Origin: Kordiimonadaceae bacterium
GTDB taxonomy: Bacteria; Pseudomonadota; Alphaproteobacteria; Sphingomonadales; Emcibacteraceae
Direction of reading: 5' to 3'
DNA: 64,000 nucleotides
NCBI GenBank assembly: GCA_024236295.1
Contig: JACKKT010000006.1
Coordinates: forward strand, 146,105 to 210,104
This document shows, one piece after another, positions 18,340-27,969 of the stretch. Position 1 is the first letter of the stretch; each line of letters starts with the position of its first letter. Made by a program: the position numbers and the translations under genes. The notes under the pieces were generated by a model. The model saw nothing but the letters and a program-made list of their open reading frames with translations. It was not told where the DNA came from and did not search any database.

Positions 18340-19446
18340 ATGAGCAAAATCACCAGACGTGAATTCCAGATCGGGGCCGGGCTGACCCTTGCCGGCTTTT
18401 CAGCGCTCGCCACCAACCGGGCTGCGGCAATGAGCATTGATATGCCAAAAGTGATGGGGGATAAGCCAATATCCCGCATTCTTTTCGGCTCCTGCTGCCA
18501 TCAGGATAAGGAACAACCGATCTGGCCCGCGATCCTAAACAAAAAACCGGAACTTTTTTTATTTTTAGGGGACAATATCTATGGCGACAGCCGCGATATG
18601 GCCGTGCTTGCCGCAAAATATAAGAAACAGGCCAAAAATTTTGAAGGGATCCGTCGCCAGTCACAGGTCATGGCTATCTGGGATGATCATGATTTTGGTG
18701 AAAATGACGCAGGTAAGGATTACCCGTACCGTGATCAGTCAAAAGAGCTTTTCTTTGATTTCTGGGAAGTACCCAAAGCAAGCAGCCGACGTCGTGACGG
18801 CGACGGTATTTATACATCGGCCCTTTTCGGGCCAGAGGATAAACGAATTCACATCATCTTGCCGGATTTACGCTATAACCGTGACCCGCTTAAAACCGTG
18901 GACAGCATGGAAATGGCGAAGGACAGGGAAATTGCCGGTTTCGGACCCTACCTTCCCATAATGGGCAAGGACAGCACCATGCTTGGCGAAGCGCAGTGGC
19001 AATGGCTTGAGCGGCAGATGCAGGTGCCTTCAAAAATAAAAATCATCGGCTCGAGCTTACAGTATATCGCGACCCAACCAGGCTGGGAATCCTGGGCCAA
19101 TTTCCCCCATGAACGGCAGCGGCTGATTGAGCTTATCAGAAAATACCGGGTCGAGGGGGTCTTTTTCATCAGCGGCGATACCCACTGGGCCGAAATCTCC
19201 TGCCAGCAGAAGGATGTGCCCTACCCGCTTTGGGATATGACCTCAAGCGGCCTGACGGAAATCTGGCCCAATGTAAGCCCCAATGCCTACCGCTGGAACG
19301 ATATCAGTTACGCCGGGCAGAATTTCGGCGCGCTTTATATTGACTGGGAACTAAGTGACCCGCTGATCGTGTTTGAAATTAATGACGCGAGCGGAAACCG
19401 GGTCTTCAGCCATTCGATCATGTTAAGCAGTCTGACTTTTAGCTGA
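18340..19446 (+). CDS. phoD: Tat-exported PhoD-family alkaline phosphatase/phosphodiesterase
   Basis: TRREF Tat motif, FGSC, LGDNIYGD, WDDHDF, DLRY, LGEAQWQWL, ISGDTH. Confidence 0.88.
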   Translation: MSKITRREFQIGAGLTLAGFSALATNRAAAMSIDMPKVMGDKPISRILFGSCCHQDKEQPIWPAILNKKPELFLFLGDNIYGDSRDMAVLAAKYKKQAKNFEGIRRQSQVMAIWDDHDFGENDAGKDYPYRDQSKELFFDFWEVPKASSRRRDGDGIYTSALFGPEDKRIHIILPDLRYNRDPLKTVDSMEMAKDREIAGFGPYLPIMGKDSTMLGEAQWQWLERQMQVPSKIKIIGSSLQYIATQPGWESWANFPHERQRLIELIRKYRVEGVFFISGDTHWAEISCQQKDVPYPLWDMTSSGLTEIWPNVSPNAYRWNDISYAGQNFGALYIDWELSDPLIVFEINDASGNRVFSHSIMLSSLTFS

Positions 19447-19981
19447 AAAAACTGACCGAGCGCAGCAGCTGTATCAGGAACAGAAGGGAAAATGAAAGTC
19501 CGGAAAGCGCCAGCGCCCAGACAAAACGCCGTCTTTTAAGATCGCGAAGCAGGGAATTTTTCTGTATTTCATAGGCCAGTTCAAGTTTCCAGTCGCTTTT
19601 ATCAAAGGCGTCAAGATAACTGTCCAGGGTCGGGTACTGTTCTTCCAGCAGGTAATAGCTTCTTTGCAGGTTTATCCCCTTAACCCCCAGTTTCGGGGCC
19701 GCACTGCGCGACGGGTAAAGCACATAACCGAACATGGCGATCGGCACCACCGCCAGCACCCAGAAGATCAGCACATATAGCGTTGTATTGGCCGGGTCCT
19801 GCGGTGCCATTTCGCCAATTTTGGCAATGGTGCCAAGGGAGAATATAAAACCGATGCTGACAATCTGCGCCTTTACATCATAGGCGCGGACCGCATTTTG
19901 AACCTGGGATAGTGAATTTTGTAAAATTGAAAGTTGAACACTATCCATTGTCTCAGTATTGCTCATTTCGTGCTCATCCAA
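19439..19981 (-). CDS. Pycsar-effector-like (DUF5706/PycTM) transmembrane protein
   Basis: VRAYDVKAQ followed by two TM helices, LYPSR, ELAYEI...LRDLKRRRF and a C-terminal TM; start codon uncertain. Confidence 0.65.
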   Translation of the reverse strand: MDEHEMSNTETMDSVQLSILQNSLSQVQNAVRAYDVKAQIVSIGFIFSLGTIAKIGEMAPQDPANTTLYVLIFWVLAVVPIAMFGYVLYPSRSAAPKLGVKGINLQRSYYLLEEQYPTLDSYLDAFDKSDWKLELAYEIQKNSLLRDLKRRRFVWALALSGLSFSLLFLIQLLRSVSFFS

Positions 19982-20105
19982 TAAGATGGGTGGAGTATAT
20001 ATTTATGGCACTCTCTACGCCTCTCTGATGACAAAATTGTGTCAGATTTGTTAAAGTTATGTGACCATCATTTTTGACTGAAAATGAGTAAAAAAGGACA
20101 AAAAA

Positions 20106-20876
20106 ATGCCAAACACACTTGAAATCAGCCGCGATGGACGCGTGGTTCTTATCCGTCTTAACCGGCCGCAAGCGTTAAATGCCCTGAACTCTGACATCAT
20201 GCGGGAACTGATCGCGGAACTCACCCCGCTTGATCTCGACCCTGATGTGGGATGCTTCATCATTACCGGGTCGGAAAAGGCCTTTGCCGCCGGCGCCGAT
20301 ATCAAGGAAATGCAGTCAAAAAATTATATGGACATGTATACGCATGATTATTTTGCCGACTGGCAGAAATTCTGTGACTTTCGGACCCCGAAAATTGCCG
20401 CCGTGTCCGGCTTCGCCCTTGGTGGCGGCTGCGAGCTGGCGATGATGTGTGATTTTATCATCGCGGCAAAATCGGCCAAATTCGGCCAGCCGGAAATCAA
20501 GCTCGGCGTCATCCCCGGTATGGGCGGCTCTCAGCGGCTGACCAGACTGGTCGGTAAATCAAAAGCAATGGACATGATCCTGACCGGGCGCATGATGGAC
20601 GCCGACGAAGCGGAACGATGCGGCCTCGCCGCCCGGGTTGTTGATGATGAAAACCTGATGGAGGAAGCGATGGAAGCGGCAAAAGCCATTTCCAGCTACA
20701 GCAAACCCGCCGTCATGCTGGCCCGCGAAGCGGTCGACCGCGCGCTTGAAGGTTCCTTACGTGAAGGGCTGATCTTTGAGCGGCGCATTTTCCATTCCCT
20801 CTTTGCCACCGAGGACCAGAAGGAAGGCATGGCCGCCTTTGCCGAAAAACGAAAACCGAACTTTAAGGGGAAGTGA
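20106..20876 (+). CDS. Enoyl-CoA hydratase (PaaF/EchA8-like)
   Basis: [43 protein letters not shown]. Confidence 0.96.
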   Translation: MPNTLEISRDGRVVLIRLNRPQALNALNSDIMRELIAELTPLDLDPDVGCFIITGSEKAFAAGADIKEMQSKNYMDMYTHDYFADWQKFCDFRTPKIAAVSGFALGGGCELAMMCDFIIAAKSAKFGQPEIKLGVIPGMGGSQRLTRLVGKSKAMDMILTGRMMDADEAERCGLAARVVDDENLMEEAMEAAKAISSYSKPAVMLAREAVDRALEGSLREGLIFERRIFHSLFATEDQKEGMAAFAEKRKPNFKGK

Positions 20877-20896
20877 TGGGGAAAGTACCCCCCCTG

Positions 20897-20984
20897 CGTC
20901 ATATCTGCGAAGGCAGGTATTCATGATCCAGACGATCAGGCTACCACGGAGGGTCTATAGACCCTCGCCATTGCGGGAGTGACG
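20897..20984. repeat. Degenerate CGTC-type REP doublet
   Basis: CGTCATATCTGCGAAGGCAGGTATTCA...TAGACCCTCGCCATTGCGGGAGTGACG resembles the alphaproteobacterial CGTCATTCCCGCGAAAGCGGGAATCCA...GATGACG repeat family. Confidence 0.6.
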
Positions 20985-21020
20985 GAAATAGTATTCAAGA
21001 ACAAATATATTGTGCTGTCC

Positions 21021-21440
21021 CTATTGTTTCCCCAACCATTCTTCGTTAAGACCCATACTTGTCATCTTAAATCTAATTATTTTAGGCGTACGCCTTGCTC
21101 TAAACTTTGCATATTCAAGCAGCACTTCTTTAGCAATGGTCATGCTTTTTTCATTTGAATATCCCTCAATATAATTTTCTCCCCCATAAACATTATAAAA
21201 CCCTCTAAAATCCACAATAAATATCCAGGAAACTTCAGGTGGGCAAACTAACTTCTCCTTATCGGTCAAAGCCCGACCACTCTCGCAATACTGAAACTTT
21301 CCCAAAATATGATCTTCAGAACCGATTTCATAAAACACAAAAGAGCTAATATGTCTGTTCCCCGACCCACTTTTGGCTTCTAGACCTCTTTCAGGATCGT
21401 ATATTCTAAATCCTGAATCCGACTCCCATTTAAATGTCAT
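21021..21440 (-). CDS. AT-rich orphan hypothetical protein
   Basis: 139-aa ORF with AAGGGG RBS; no family recognised. Confidence 0.65.
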   Translation of the reverse strand: MTFKWESDSGFRIYDPERGLEAKSGSGNRHISSFVFYEIGSEDHILGKFQYCESGRALTDKEKLVCPPEVSWIFIVDFRGFYNVYGGENYIEGYSNEKSMTIAKEVLLEYAKFRARRTPKIIRFKMTSMGLNEEWLGKQ

Positions 21441-21498
21441 TTTTTCCCCTTATACTTTGAACTATCACACTCATAACAATCCCTTATTTGGAACACTG

Positions 21499-22230
21499 TC
21501 AAGGTTCCAATACCCCACTCAACAGATGGTCAACAAATTCGGGGACGGTTTGGCTGGCGGGGCCGTAATGCCCGTCGTTGAACTGATCGGCGTTTAGGGA
21601 CGGCTCAAGGTTCAGTTCCACGGTTTTGGCGCCCGGATTTTCATTGACCACCTGAGTAAACCCGGCGGCGGGATAGACATTGCCCGACGTGCCGATGGAG
21701 ATAAACAAGCCGCAACGGCGAAGATGGCGGTAAATATCATCCATCCGCATCGGCATTTCCCCGAACCACACCACATTGACCCGCAAAGCCCCACGGGTTT
21801 TACAATTTGGGCATTCGCTTTCCAAACTCATTTCATCAAGCCAGTCGGAAATTTCGCCGCAGTTCTGACAGCGGCTTTTGAGCAACTCGCCATGCATATG
21901 GATCAGCTTTTCCGACCCGGCCCGTTCATGCAGGTTATCGACATTCTGGGTCACCAGCATAAAGCCGCCCGGCCAGTCCCGTTCAAGCCGCGCCAGAGCC
22001 AGATGCGCGGCATTGGGTTTTATTTTTTCATCCAGCAGCACGGCCCGACGCATATTATAAAAATCATGGACCAGGGCCGGATCACGGCGGAACGCGTCCG
22101 GTGTGGCCAGATCCTCCGCCCGGTAGCCGTTCCAAAGCCCACCTTCGCCGCGAAAGGTGGGAAGACCGCTTTCCTGCGATATACCGGCGCCGGTCAGAAC
22201 TACAATGGAGGTACTGGCTGAAATATTCAT
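21499..22230 (-). CDS. cobB: NAD-dependent protein deacylase (class III sirtuin)
   Basis: LTGAGISQESG, FYNMRR, TQNVDNLHERAG, HMHGEL, CxxC...CxxC, IGTSGNVYPAAG. Confidence 0.93.
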   Translation of the reverse strand: MNISASTSIVVLTGAGISQESGLPTFRGEGGLWNGYRAEDLATPDAFRRDPALVHDFYNMRRAVLLDEKIKPNAAHLALARLERDWPGGFMLVTQNVDNLHERAGSEKLIHMHGELLKSRCQNCGEISDWLDEMSLESECPNCKTRGALRVNVVWFGEMPMRMDDIYRHLRRCGLFISIGTSGNVYPAAGFTQVVNENPGAKTVELNLEPSLNADQFNDGHYGPASQTVPEFVDHLLSGVLEP

Positions 22231-22269
22231 AATTCCATTCTAAACGTATCAATCCAAACTGCCAATTGT

Positions 22270-23541
22270 TTGTTTATGTCTAATCTGCTAAAAAACAATG
22301 GTGAGGAAAATAAAATAATGCTGATGCCAAAATTAAAATCATTGATGAACCGTTTGGATAAACGCACACGTGACATGCTCGCCTTAAGCATTGGGGCATT
22401 GGGGATTATTTACCTGATCTGGAAATATATTTCGGTGATTGGCAAGGACCTGACTTTCAAATATTTCTGGCTTGCCGGGCGGCTCTGGTCCGGGGGGATG
22501 AGCCCTTATAGCCCCGACTATCAGCATGTGGGCAGAAGCCTTTTTGAAACATTTAACGGGCAGCCCTTTTACTACCCGCCAAACTGGTGGCCGGTGTCCC
22601 GCTTTATCGCATTATTTGATTATGCCACCGCCACCGAAATCTGGCGGCTGATCAATGTCATGGCCATCATTGGATCAACATTTTTGCTGCGCGCCGCACT
22701 AAGACGAGCAGATATAAATCTATCCACCCCTACCCTGATCCTCTATACCGGAGTGGTGGCCCTGATGCAGCCAACCATCATCGTTCTGCAACAGGGCCAA
22801 TCCACAGCACTTGTTTATTTTGGACTATGCCTGACTATTTATGCGACACTCTATTCAAAGCATTTTCTGCTGGGACTGGGCATGGCCATTATGCTGCTGA
22901 AACCACAGATTGGTGTGCCGTTATTTTTTGGATTTTTTCTTTTAAAACAAAATTATAAATCGGTTTTCTATACTATCACTTTAACTTTAGTGATGATGCT
23001 GCCGGGCTTTATTAGTCTTGGTTTTTTTGAAACACTTTTTTCTTACCTCGCTGGCCTTTCCGAGCATTCACAGTTTCTTACCAATTCCGCAAAACTTTCG
23101 ACGGGCTTTAAAAACATCGTCTATCTTATTGCAAACAGGGATATTTCCAGCACACTCGCGACACTGCTTTCGCTTATCGGGGTATGGGGGGCGGCAATAT
23201 ATTTACAAAAAATTGTCTATGAAAAATTTGACGGTGGCGGGGCAGCGAAACTTTGCCTTTATTATATGGCGGTGATCTTTTCCACGCTCTTTTTCGCGCC
23301 CATTCATGAATATGACATGATCCTGGTCGCACCGGTTTTATTGCTTGTGGCGGTGCTTGGGACCAGCCGTCAGGTGTTGCTTGCCGTTCCCTTTTTGCTT
23401 ATGGTCCGCTCAGGCAATATCGGTGATCTTTTTGGCCCCTCCTCCGTTGATGAGGCGCGCTTTTACGGCAGTGTGGTGTCAACCGTCGCGCTTATGGCCA
23501 TGATCGTTGTTTTCGCAAAAATCAGTCGTCAGGAAGATTGA
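22270..23541 (+). CDS. GT87/DUF2029-like polytopic membrane glycosyltransferase
   Basis: PFYYPP, QQGQS, LLKPQIG, HEYD motifs with many TM helices; start probably 22318-22324. Confidence 0.8.
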   Translation: MFMSNLLKNNGEENKIMLMPKLKSLMNRLDKRTRDMLALSIGALGIIYLIWKYISVIGKDLTFKYFWLAGRLWSGGMSPYSPDYQHVGRSLFETFNGQPFYYPPNWWPVSRFIALFDYATATEIWRLINVMAIIGSTFLLRAALRRADINLSTPTLILYTGVVALMQPTIIVLQQGQSTALVYFGLCLTIYATLYSKHFLLGLGMAIMLLKPQIGVPLFFGFFLLKQNYKSVFYTITLTLVMMLPGFISLGFFETLFSYLAGLSEHSQFLTNSAKLSTGFKNIVYLIANRDISSTLATLLSLIGVWGAAIYLQKIVYEKFDGGGAAKLCLYYMAVIFSTLFFAPIHEYDMILVAPVLLLVAVLGTSRQVLLAVPFLLMVRSGNIGDLFGPSSVDEARFYGSVVSTVALMAMIVVFAKISRQED

Positions 23542-24469
23542 TAATATTTTTTGTCATATAAAGCGGCCGGTCCTTGGTTTCATTAAAAACCCGGCCAAGA
23601 TATTCTCCGATTATTCCAAGAAATAATAGCTGGAGACCGCCGAGAAACAGGATCACCACCATTTGCGAGGCATAGCCGTCAACGCTGACACCATAAATAA
23701 GGGTACGAATAAAAATGAAGACTGCATAGATAAAAGAAAAAAATGAAATCAGAATGCCGATATAACTGGCAAACCGCAAAGGAAATGTCGAGAAGGACGT
23801 AATCCCCTCAATCGCGAAATTCCAAAGGTTCCAGTAATTCCATTTGGTGATTCCCGCTGCCCTGGCATGGCGTTTATACTGAACGGCAATGGTATTAAAA
23901 CCAACCCATGCAAAAAGCCCTTTCATAAAGCGCTGCCGTTCGGGCAGTCTTCTGATGGCGTCAATGGCCCGGCGGCTTAACAGTCTGAAATCACCGGCAT
24001 TTCGCGGAATATCAACATGGCTCATTTTTTTCAATATTCGGTAAAAATAGGTGGCCGTCATTTTTTTGAACCAGCTTTCACCGTCTCTTTCGGTACGAAC
24101 GCCGTAAATATTATCATAGCCCTGTTCCCAAAGCGTAATAAATTGCGGGATAATTTCCGGTGGGTCCTGCAGATCGGCATCAAGAATGATGGCCGCCTCC
24201 CCGCTCATCAAATCTATTCCTGCCGACATAGCGGCTTCCTTGCCGAAATTGCGGCTTAAATCGATAAAAACAACCCGTTTGTCATTTTCGCAGATTTGCG
24301 TAATTAGCTCAGCGGTTTTATCAGCGCTGCCGTCATTAATGAAAATCAGCTCAAGCGTATAATCAATATCCTTAAAGACATCGACAATACGGGTATAACA
24401 TGCCCCAATGACCTCTTCCTCATTATAACAGGGAACAATCACTGATAATTTTCTGTCTTTTGACATCAT
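23522..24469 (-). CDS. gtrB: GT2 bactoprenol glycosyltransferase, GtrB-like
   Basis: VIVPCYNEEE, INDGSAD, LSRNFGKEAA, LDADLQDPPE, GDFRLLSRR, two C-terminal TM helices. Confidence 0.9.
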   Translation of the reverse strand: MMSKDRKLSVIVPCYNEEEVIGACYTRIVDVFKDIDYTLELIFINDGSADKTAELITQICENDKRVVFIDLSRNFGKEAAMSAGIDLMSGEAAIILDADLQDPPEIIPQFITLWEQGYDNIYGVRTERDGESWFKKMTATYFYRILKKMSHVDIPRNAGDFRLLSRRAIDAIRRLPERQRFMKGLFAWVGFNTIAVQYKRHARAAGITKWNYWNLWNFAIEGITSFSTFPLRFASYIGILISFFSFIYAVFIFIRTLIYGVSVDGYASQMVVILFLGGLQLLFLGIIGEYLGRVFNETKDRPLYMTKNIINLPDD

Positions 24470-24482
24470 GACCCCTTTCTTT

Positions 24483-24863
24483 TTATTGTTTCTTCCGGGT
24501 TTCGTTTAAAAAAATCCAGAATTTCCCGACAATAAAATTCCATATAAATACCACAGCGGTGGCAATAATCTGTCTTAACAGATATGGGATAAACCCGAAC
24601 AAATACATTATTGTTGTATTGATTATGAATCCTGTAGCCACCATTAGTATAAATTTTGGCAATGCTTTTTTATGTTGTGCATCTGAGCGAAAGGTATAAC
24701 GCAGATTAAGCAGATAATTCAAAATCGCTCCACAGATATAGCCAATCATGGTCCCCATAACCGGCGACAAACTGATGAGCTCAACCATAATCACCAGCAC
24801 TGTATAATGCAGAGCAGTGCTCAGCAATCCAACAGCCGTGAATTTTATAAATTCTTTTCCCAA
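24483..24863 (-). CDS. gtrA: GtrA-family flippase
   Basis: 126 aa, four TM helices, FIKFTAVG, NYLLNLRYTF, WNFIVGKFWIF; directly upstream of gtrB. Confidence 0.88.
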   Translation of the reverse strand: MGKEFIKFTAVGLLSTALHYTVLVIMVELISLSPVMGTMIGYICGAILNYLLNLRYTFRSDAQHKKALPKFILMVATGFIINTTIMYLFGFIPYLLRQIIATAVVFIWNFIVGKFWIFLNETRKKQ

Positions 24864-24896
24864 TCGACTGTTTTTGCCTGAAATATCTATGATAAT

Positions 24897-25907
24897 CTAC
24901 CCCAGCATATGATCAATGATCGCGCCTGTTCCCATGAGCAGCGGGTCAACACAGGGAAGCCCCAGCCGATTTGACAGATCATTCAGATAATCCTGCCGTT
25001 CGTTTTCGCTTAAACCGGATGTATTGATGCTGACCCCCACACATTTAATACCCGGATTGGTCAGGGAGCCAAGCGTTGTTGTCCGTTCTATCACCTGTTC
25101 AATGGTTGGAAGTGGAAAATTATCCCATTCTTCGATGGCCGTCCTGCCCGCTTCATGACAAACAACAAAGGCATCCGGTTGGGAGCCGATCAAAAGCCCC
25201 ATGCTGACCGGGCTATACCCGGGATGGAAAATGCCGCCCTGCCCTTCAATCACGTCCCAGTGATCTGCATCATTATCGGGGGAAAGAAGCTCCGCCGCAC
25301 CGGCAAGGAAATCACAGACCACTGCATCAATGGGAATACCTTTACCGGCAATCATTATCCCTGTCTGGCCACTGGCGCGAAAATCGGCGTTTAAGCCTTT
25401 AATCCGCATATCTCGTTCCATGGCAAGGGCAGTATATTTTTTACCGACGGCACAGTCCGTCCCAACCATAAGTACCCTTTTTCCTTTTCTTTTACGCCCG
25501 GTTCCGACCGGAATATTGGCAGGTGGTACCCGGACATCAATTAATTTTGACCCGGATTTTTTTGCCGCTGCAGCAAGTCTCGGGATACTATTCAGTTTTT
25601 TATGAACCCCGCCAACAATATCAAGGCCAGCAAAAAGAGCCTTTTCAAACGTTTCAAGCCACTGATCCGGAATACCGCCACCGACGGATGCGGTACCGAT
25701 CACCAATGATTTTATGCCAGCCTCTGCCGCCTTTTCAACCGACAGCCTTGGAAGCCCAAGATCAAGGCCGTTTTCAATCAGATTAAGCTGCCCTTTGCAA
25801 AGCTCAGGCCGCCAGTCTACTATGCCGGAACCGGTCTTGGCATAGGTTTTCCTTGTCTCTTCCCCCAGAAAAATAAGATAGGGAGCTTTTATTTCAATTG
25901 TAATCAT
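24897..25907 (-). CDS. DUF1611 family protein (DgcN-like N-acetyltransferase)
   Basis: AKTGSGIVDWRPE, VGTDCAVGKKYTAL, FRASGQTGI, IEGQG, GSQPDA. Confidence 0.88.
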   Translation of the reverse strand: MITIEIKAPYLIFLGEETRKTYAKTGSGIVDWRPELCKGQLNLIENGLDLGLPRLSVEKAAEAGIKSLVIGTASVGGGIPDQWLETFEKALFAGLDIVGGVHKKLNSIPRLAAAAKKSGSKLIDVRVPPANIPVGTGRKRKGKRVLMVGTDCAVGKKYTALAMERDMRIKGLNADFRASGQTGIMIAGKGIPIDAVVCDFLAGAAELLSPDNDADHWDVIEGQGGIFHPGYSPVSMGLLIGSQPDAFVVCHEAGRTAIEEWDNFPLPTIEQVIERTTTLGSLTNPGIKCVGVSINTSGLSENERQDYLNDLSNRLGLPCVDPLLMGTGAIIDHMLG

Positions 25908-27910
25908 GCGTTATCCATTAAATACTGATCTGCGAGAACTTCCCTGACCGCACGGTGCGCCTGATCAATGGCAGCATCTGTAAATGGACTGGCATCCGCA
26001 TCCGAATTGGCCACTGACATCCGTCCAAGTTGTTGTCGCGCAACGACGCATGGGCGGTCATCTGTCGGATACATTGACCACTCATAAGGTTCTGTAATCG
26101 TATCATAGGCATAAGCATTGCCATGTGGCCAGCGGTTTACGGTTATGGCCACAATATCCCTTGCCGCATCAAAGCCGGCGGAGCCCAACATGCGCTGAAG
26201 CTGTTCTCTGATATTTCGCTCAAACGTTTCAAATGGCGTGTTTAAGAGATCATAGCGGCCAAGCCGCAGCTGTTCACGGCGGAGCTCGCCAGGGGCGCAT
26301 GGTGCACGGTGCATTTTAACCACCACAGGTTCATCAAGATTTTGTGGGGCCTTATAACCACCCACATCAAATGGAAAATGCAGACTGGTTGATGTATGAT
26401 AAAGTCCGGGCGATGTGATCGAGCTTGTTCCAAGCTTTTCAAATGCTTTACCATCGCGAAGCAGCACATTGGTATAAACCCGCGGGGCTTTAATACCGTA
26501 AAGCATGGCTTCTTTCTGCTTTTCTGAATAATCATCACAAATATAGGGTATGACATTGTGCCAACAGGCATAAATAACATTTCTTGATTTAACCGTTTCG
26601 GCCTTACCACCCTGCATATACGTAACATCAACATCCTTTGCTGTTTCAGGGTCACCATTATGCTTTACTTTAATCGCGGTGCTGTTAAGGCGAAGACGGG
26701 TTGGATTTTCCGGCCGGTCAAGACGCGAATAATCCACTTTTGCCATAAAAATATCATCAATCGAATGGCCGGGAATGGCCTCAGGAATAAGCTGGCGCAC
26801 CGTCATTCGGGTAATGGTCGCATTACCATCCGGGAAATAGATACTGTCTTCGCGATATTCATGTTCGCGGCCATGCTGAGATCCGGCAATATGATGCATT
26901 GGGCTGATTTTGGGGGTCGGTTTAAGCTCAAGATGATCAAAACCCGGCATTCCGCCAAGCTGCCAACAGAAAAGAGCCGGTACCTGTTCTGCACCAACAT
27001 AGAAGCGGAAATGAAGACCCGGGCTATATAGTGGCAGCACGCCTGCGTCAACCCCAAGCTCTTCGGTTACATACTGAGCATATGACATGCCGGCAAGTTT
27101 TCGTTTCTTCTCTTTGTCGCTAAGCCCCTGAAAGGATTTTGCCACAATCTTTTCACTGTAAAGGCGTTTATATTCGGCCCTTAATTTATCAGTCAGCGGT
27201 GCTTTGTCGAAGAAATCGTCCCAACCATCTTCGGCTTCACGGTCACGTTTAACTAGTCCGTCCCCGCCGAAAGTTTCCTTATCAAAAAAGGTAGAACCGC
27301 CAAGTCCGATATTACGATGATGCCTGATCATATCCTTGGTTTTTTCGTGGTAGGCATCGGTATCGATCCCCAGCTCACGCAGGAAACTCATGGCTACAGT
27401 GCTGTAATTGGTTGGTTGTTCAATATTGAGTGTGCCACCGTTGACCAGAATTTTCTGGCCATTATACATATATTCATTGCGCTTGGCATGACCACCAAAA
27501 TCATCATGATTATCAAGGATCAGGATTTTGGCATCCGGTCCCGCACTTTGACGATAAAACCAAGCGGCAGAAAGACCGCTTATTCCACCACCGACAACAA
27601 CAAGATCATATTTTTCACCATTCGGTTTGCCTGAAAATGTTTCACCGTCCCGCACCTTATGGGCCGTTTCAAATGATCCGTCATGACTGCCCCGCATTCC
27701 TGCCTTTGCCGGCGGGTAATAATCAGGGTCAGACTGCATCGGTTTATTTTGATCCAGCGCCTGCATTGCCCTAACCAGTGATGGACAAAGGATTGCCCCG
27801 GTTACGGCAATACTGGCTCCGCTCAAAAAATCACGACGGATAATTTTTCGGTCCATTCCCAGTTCTTTATCTGAGTAGTGACCTGTTCCAGTATTTTTAT
27901 TTTTGCTCAT
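25904..27910 (-). CDS. Spermidine dehydrogenase-like flavoprotein (paralogue 1)
   Basis: LGMDRKIIRRDFL, YYPPAKAGMRGSHDGSFE, GGGISG, LDNHDDFGGHAKRNE, ITVNRWPHG, IDQAHRAV. Confidence 0.88.
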   Translation of the reverse strand: MSKNKNTGTGHYSDKELGMDRKIIRRDFLSGASIAVTGAILCPSLVRAMQALDQNKPMQSDPDYYPPAKAGMRGSHDGSFETAHKVRDGETFSGKPNGEKYDLVVVGGGISGLSAAWFYRQSAGPDAKILILDNHDDFGGHAKRNEYMYNGQKILVNGGTLNIEQPTNYSTVAMSFLRELGIDTDAYHEKTKDMIRHHRNIGLGGSTFFDKETFGGDGLVKRDREAEDGWDDFFDKAPLTDKLRAEYKRLYSEKIVAKSFQGLSDKEKKRKLAGMSYAQYVTEELGVDAGVLPLYSPGLHFRFYVGAEQVPALFCWQLGGMPGFDHLELKPTPKISPMHHIAGSQHGREHEYREDSIYFPDGNATITRMTVRQLIPEAIPGHSIDDIFMAKVDYSRLDRPENPTRLRLNSTAIKVKHNGDPETAKDVDVTYMQGGKAETVKSRNVIYACWHNVIPYICDDYSEKQKEAMLYGIKAPRVYTNVLLRDGKAFEKLGTSSITSPGLYHTSTSLHFPFDVGGYKAPQNLDEPVVVKMHRAPCAPGELRREQLRLGRYDLLNTPFETFERNIREQLQRMLGSAGFDAARDIVAITVNRWPHGNAYAYDTITEPYEWSMYPTDDRPCVVARQQLGRMSVANSDADASPFTDAAIDQAHRAVREVLADQYLMDNA

Positions 27911-27969
27911 ATCAGTCCCCTTTTAATTAGAAATGCAGGCTATCACACTATGAAATGATATAACAATCA

